DNA of 64,000 nucleotides from Chlamydiota bacterium (GTDB lineage Bacteria; Chlamydiota; Chlamydiia; Chlamydiales; RGXB01): NCBI GenBank assembly GCA_947494155.1, contig CANLTW010000002.1, positions 64,001 to 128,000 of the forward strand, read 5' to 3'. Shown piece by piece: positions 60,392 to 64,000 of this stretch (position 1 is its first letter; each line of letters starts with the position of its first letter). The notes under the pieces were generated by a model. It saw only the letters and a program-made list of their open reading frames with translations, ran no database searches and was not told where the DNA came from. The position numbers and the translations under genes were made by a program.

Positions 60392-61966
60392 ATGCAAATG
60401 TACCAGCCCATCGCCCGTAAGTACAGGCCAAAACTTTTCCAAGAGGTTATTGGACAACAGATTGTCATCGATACTCTACAAAATGCGATCAAAAACGGGA
60501 GAGTTGCCGCAAACTATCTTTTTTCGGGAACAAGGGGGACGGGAAAAACCACGATAGCAAGGCTATTTGCCCGCGCAATCAACTGTGAGAATCCCTCTAA
60601 AGTGGCGGAACCCTGTAATCTTTGTCCTAGTTGCCTCCAAATGTTAGGGGGAGCTTCGATGGAGCTGATGGAGATCGATGGAGCCTCCAACCGTGGTATT
60701 GATGATATCCGATTGATCAGCGAGGGGGTTGCTTTCGCCCCTCCAAAAGGGCGATTTCGCGTCTACTTGATAGATGAAGTGCATATGTTAACAAAAGAGG
60801 CCTTCAACGCTCTGTTAAAAACATTGGAAGAGCCCCCGTCTTATGTAAAATTTTTCTTTGCGACTACCGAGCCACACAAAGTCCCCTTAACCATTCAAAG
60901 TCGCTGCCAAAAGTTTGATCTGCAAAGAATTCGACTTGATACTATTGTGACGAAACTCCAGTCAATTGTAAATGATGAGCACCTCAAAGCCGATTTTGCC
61001 TCTTTGTCATTGATTGCCGAAGTTGCTCAAGGGAGTATGCGCGATGCCGAATCGCTTTTGGATCAGCTTTTGTGTACAGCAAATGGTGACCTATCTATTG
61101 AAATCGTGCGTGAATCTCTAGGCAAAGTCTCTAAAGAGGGGCTTTTTTTAATCGACCGTGCTATCCAAAAGCGTTCCATAGAGGATCTCAAAAAAGCCTC
61201 AGACTCCCTTTTGCTGTCGGGAAAAGAGACCTCTCTTTTGATAGAGGATCTCGCAGAGCATATGCGTAATCACCTTCTATGTTTACAAAAAACATTGGAT
61301 CCAAGGGCCTACCATTTGAGCGACGAGGAATTTAGCACCTATCAGGAACTAAGCAAAAATTACTCCCTGACATCCTTATTGGAAATGCTTGAGCTCATCT
61401 ACCCTTTTTTCCATCAACCCACCAGACCTTTTCTCTCTCATCAGCAGTTTGAAACCCTATTGATCCTTTTGATGAAAAAAAGCCACCGCCCTTCGATATC
61501 AGCAATTGTGGAGCGTCTGGAAGAACTGGAAAAAAAATTAGTCGAAAGAGCCCCTTTTTCCCCAACTGAGGAGTGCATCAAACTAGACACCCCTTTAGAA
61601 ACCCCCTGTGGCTCCTCTTTACCTATTGTGTCAAACTCCCCCTTAGCTGCCCGGCCAGAAGAGAGGAATCCCCCCGCTTTTTCCCCTCTATTTTTGGAAA
61701 AACAGACCCCAACACCTTTTAACCCCGATTCCTCTGACGATCTGTCTGAAAAAAAGCTTTTTGTTGAAGAACCTCTACAACAAAAAGACGAAAAGGACAA
61801 TGAAGCCCCCCTTATTCAGGCAGCAACACCTATTGCCACCAATACCTCAGCCCCTGCTGCAACTTCTGTAAGCGTCTCTCCCTCTTTGACCCTTTTACCG
61901 GCAAGTGTGCGCCACCAAAACCTCATCCAATTTGCCCTTGTGGAGTGGAACGCTGTACCTCAATAA
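60392..61966 (+). CDS. dnaX: DNA polymerase III subunit gamma/tau
   Basis: ARKYRP, GTRGTGKTT, IDEVHML, FNALLKTLEEPP, SRCQ, GSMRDA. Confidence 0.97.
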   Translation: MQMYQPIARKYRPKLFQEVIGQQIVIDTLQNAIKNGRVAANYLFSGTRGTGKTTIARLFARAINCENPSKVAEPCNLCPSCLQMLGGASMELMEIDGASNRGIDDIRLISEGVAFAPPKGRFRVYLIDEVHMLTKEAFNALLKTLEEPPSYVKFFFATTEPHKVPLTIQSRCQKFDLQRIRLDTIVTKLQSIVNDEHLKADFASLSLIAEVAQGSMRDAESLLDQLLCTANGDLSIEIVRESLGKVSKEGLFLIDRAIQKRSIEDLKKASDSLLLSGKETSLLIEDLAEHMRNHLLCLQKTLDPRAYHLSDEEFSTYQELSKNYSLTSLLEMLELIYPFFHQPTRPFLSHQQFETLLILLMKKSHRPSISAIVERLEELEKKLVERAPFSPTEECIKLDTPLETPCGSSLPIVSNSPLAARPEERNPPAFSPLFLEKQTPTPFNPDSSDDLSEKKLFVEEPLQQKDEKDNEAPLIQAATPIATNTSAPAATSVSVSPSLTLLPASVRHQNLIQFALVEWNAVPQ

Positions 61967-61998
61967 AATCTGAAAATGGAAAATCACTAAGGAAACCT

Positions 61999-62265
61999 AT
62001 GGGAAGCGGATTTTTGAAAAAAAAGAAAGATCAACGCAATATCTCCGAGCAGCTAGAGAGGCTGACTCAAGAACTGAAATCAAAAGAATATGTGGGTCAT
62101 GCCCCCTCACAATTAGTCGAGATTACCCTAAGCGGAAATAAAGAGCTTAAACGGATCAAAATTAAAAAAGAGTGCGTTAATCCCGATGATGTTGAGGGTC
62201 TTGAGGACCTGATTCAAGCAGCTTATGAAGATGCAGAAAAGAAAATGGAGCACTTCCAGCTCTAG
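61999..62265 (+). CDS. ybaB: Nucleoid-associated protein YbaB/EbfC
   Basis: LVEITLSG, DDVEGLEDLIQAA; follows dnaX; start at MGSGF. Confidence 0.9.
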   Translation: MGSGFLKKKKDQRNISEQLERLTQELKSKEYVGHAPSQLVEITLSGNKELKRIKIKKECVNPDDVEGLEDLIQAAYEDAEKKMEHFQL

Positions 62266-62299
62266 TTAAAAAAACCTCGTCTAAAGGGTTTTTGTCTCC

Positions 62300-62331
62300 T
62301 CCCGCGCCTAAAAAAAAGTGCGGGGAAAAAA
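62300..62331. terminator. Putative terminator between convergent ybaB and ptsI
   Basis: TCCCGCGC ... GTGCGGGG hairpin followed by an A-run (U-run on the minus strand). Confidence 0.5.
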
Positions 62332-62398
62332 GGGTTCACTAATACTTAATATATAGAGTCGACGCTTCTTGCTTAGCTCTTAGCTTTTTTTGATGTAT

Positions 62399-64000
62399 TT
62401 AATGTAATAGAGTTTTTACCTCAAAAGAAGAGGTGGCTGCACAAACTTTTTCAGCAAGCAAAAAGGACTTTTTTCGTTCTGAAGTAAGGATTTTCCGTTT
62501 AATCTGGGGGATCTCATGAAAGGAACAGGAGAAATCGGTCGCTCCTAAACCTATTAAAAGCTCAGTAAATACAGGATTAGAGACAATTTCTCCACAAACA
62601 CTAACCGGTTTACCCCAATCGGAGGCTTTTTGAATGATTTGGCGAATGGTTCTAAATAGTTCGGGCTGAAACGAACAAAAATCGGGCGAATCTCGGTGAA
62701 TTTCGATCAAGGCTTGGGTCAAATCATTCGTTCCAATCGCTAGAAAATCGGCCACCTCGAGAATCCCGTCGAGCGCTTCTTCGGTTAAAGGGGTCTCGAT
62801 CATCGCCCCCAAATGCACCTTGAGGGTCGATTCAAGATTATTTTGAAGCCGAAAAATCTCTTTTTGTATCAGCTCGAGCTCTTCTTTTTTTACAACGTAT
62901 GGGATAAGAACAAAAAGGGGAGAGTTTTTTTGAGCTTTCATCAAAGAGCTCAGTTGCAGCTCTAAGATTTCGCTCCTCTCAATCAAATACTGAACAGAGC
63001 GCAGTTTTGCCCTCTTGGGATCCAGATCATGGAGAAAATTTTTATCCCCTCCAAGATCAAAAAGGCGAAAGACAACTTTTTGGGGCTTGACCTCCTCTAA
63101 AATCGACTGGTAAAGGAGCGTCTGGCGCTCCTCGCAGAAGGCTATTTCCCTATCATGCAAAAGATAAAATTCTGTCCGGTATAGCCCTATTCCGTTTTTT
63201 AGCTCACTAGAATACTCCACGCCATCAAATGTGGAATAAATCCGCACCAATTGGCCATCTATCGTACACACTTCACCCGAAGTTCCCTCTGCAGATGAAA
63301 GTGTATTTGGTGCTTTTCCCGTGGATTCTAGAAAATCTGGAGATGGGTCTATGTAAAGAACCCCTTTTTGGGAATCCATAAGAACCATTTTCCCCTCGTA
63401 GGGTTCAAGCACCGAAAGATCCTCAAGCAACAAATGTCCAATAGCGCGACTCTTCAGAACTACTGAGGTGTGGGAAGCGCTTGAGCCGTTCAAACTAATG
63501 AACCCTTTTACCCCTTTCAAAGCTCCCTGTGCAGCCAAAGAGGGAGAAACCTCTTTCACACAGACAATAGCTCCTTGAAAAGTTTGCGGAATTTTTGGTT
63601 CCGCTCCGTGTAAATGGTAGGTAATACGGTATTGCAAATCTTTAAGATCCAGAATCCTTTCTCGAAAAAAGGGATCCAATGTTGCCTCAAGAGCCTCTAC
63701 AACACCTTCAATCGCGCTCTCCAACGCTTGTTGCGCAGGAATATTTTCTGTGCGCATTTTACTTTCAATTTGCTGCGTAAATAGAGGATCGTCAAGGATC
63801 GAAAGATGGGCCTGAAAGATACTTACCGAATCGAAATTTTCCATCGCGTTTAAGCGCTTTAAAAGAGCCTGTATCTCTTTTTTTGTTATAGCAAGCGCTT
63901 GATGGTATTTATGGATATTCTCCTCTAGATCCTGACAACACTCTTTTTTTTCCTGAAAAGATTTTTCCCTATAAATAACGAGGGGGCCCGACGCTACCCC
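62399..64000 (-). CDS. ptsI: Phosphoenolpyruvate--protein phosphotransferase (PTS enzyme I), 5'-partial
   Basis: Frame open to the window edge (GVASGPLV...); phospho-His SHT, GIGLYRTEF, DLGGDK, MIETP, IGTNDLTQ, VCGE. Confidence 0.94.
   Translation of the reverse strand, partial: GVASGPLVIYREKSFQEKKECCQDLEENIHKYHQALAITKKEIQALLKRLNAMENFDSVSIFQAHLSILDDPLFTQQIESKMRTENIPAQQALESAIEGVVEALEATLDPFFRERILDLKDLQYRITYHLHGAEPKIPQTFQGAIVCVKEVSPSLAAQGALKGVKGFISLNGSSASHTSVVLKSRAIGHLLLEDLSVLEPYEGKMVLMDSQKGVLYIDPSPDFLESTGKAPNTLSSAEGTSGEVCTIDGQLVRIYSTFDGVEYSSELKNGIGLYRTEFYLLHDREIAFCEERQTLLYQSILEEVKPQKVVFRLFDLGGDKNFLHDLDPKRAKLRSVQYLIERSEILELQLSSLMKAQKNSPLFVLIPYVVKKEELELIQKEIFRLQNNLESTLKVHLGAMIETPLTEEALDGILEVADFLAIGTNDLTQALIEIHRDSPDFCSFQPELFRTIRQIIQKASDWGKPVSVCGEIVSNPVFTELLIGLGATDFSCSFHEIPQIKRKILTSERKKSFLLAEKVCAATSSFEVKTLLH

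Noticed and set aside
1..64000. Frequent 7-9 nt homopolymer runs as phase-variation sites
   Set aside because: They occur throughout, including in intact essential genes, so they reflect compositional bias rather than contingency loci.

Overview
Chromosomal window from a member of the phylum Chlamydiota (environmental chlamydia). The call rests on gene content and order matching Chlamydia blocks as I recall them: pssA-nrdA-nrdB-M16 peptidase-htrA-sucD-sucC-ftsY; priA-lysS-cysS-aas; fabF-rsfS-miaA-rsbV-ftsQ-like-murC-murG-ftsW-nlpD-murD-mraY-murF; dnaX-ybaB-ptsI. A class Ic (Phe-for-Tyr) NrdB supports it. The first ~12.5 kb is accessory. It holds two large paralogous orphan proteins (the first truncated by the window edge), each ending in what look like two tandem HEPN-like domains and flanking a NUDIX hydrolase and an orphan gene. 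This is the best candidate for an undescribed system. The same block has a truncated autotransporter-like remnant, an Fe-S-less PhrB-type photolyase and a secreted tricorn-like protease. Other notable items: a tandem aas duplication whose second copy has lost the key adenylation residues, a PgpH-like c-di-AMP phosphodiesterase, a stand-alone MurC with no Ddl, tandem NrdR boxes and tRNA-Cys. No CRISPR array, rRNA or transposase was seen. All calls come from motif recognition by eye; no database search was run.
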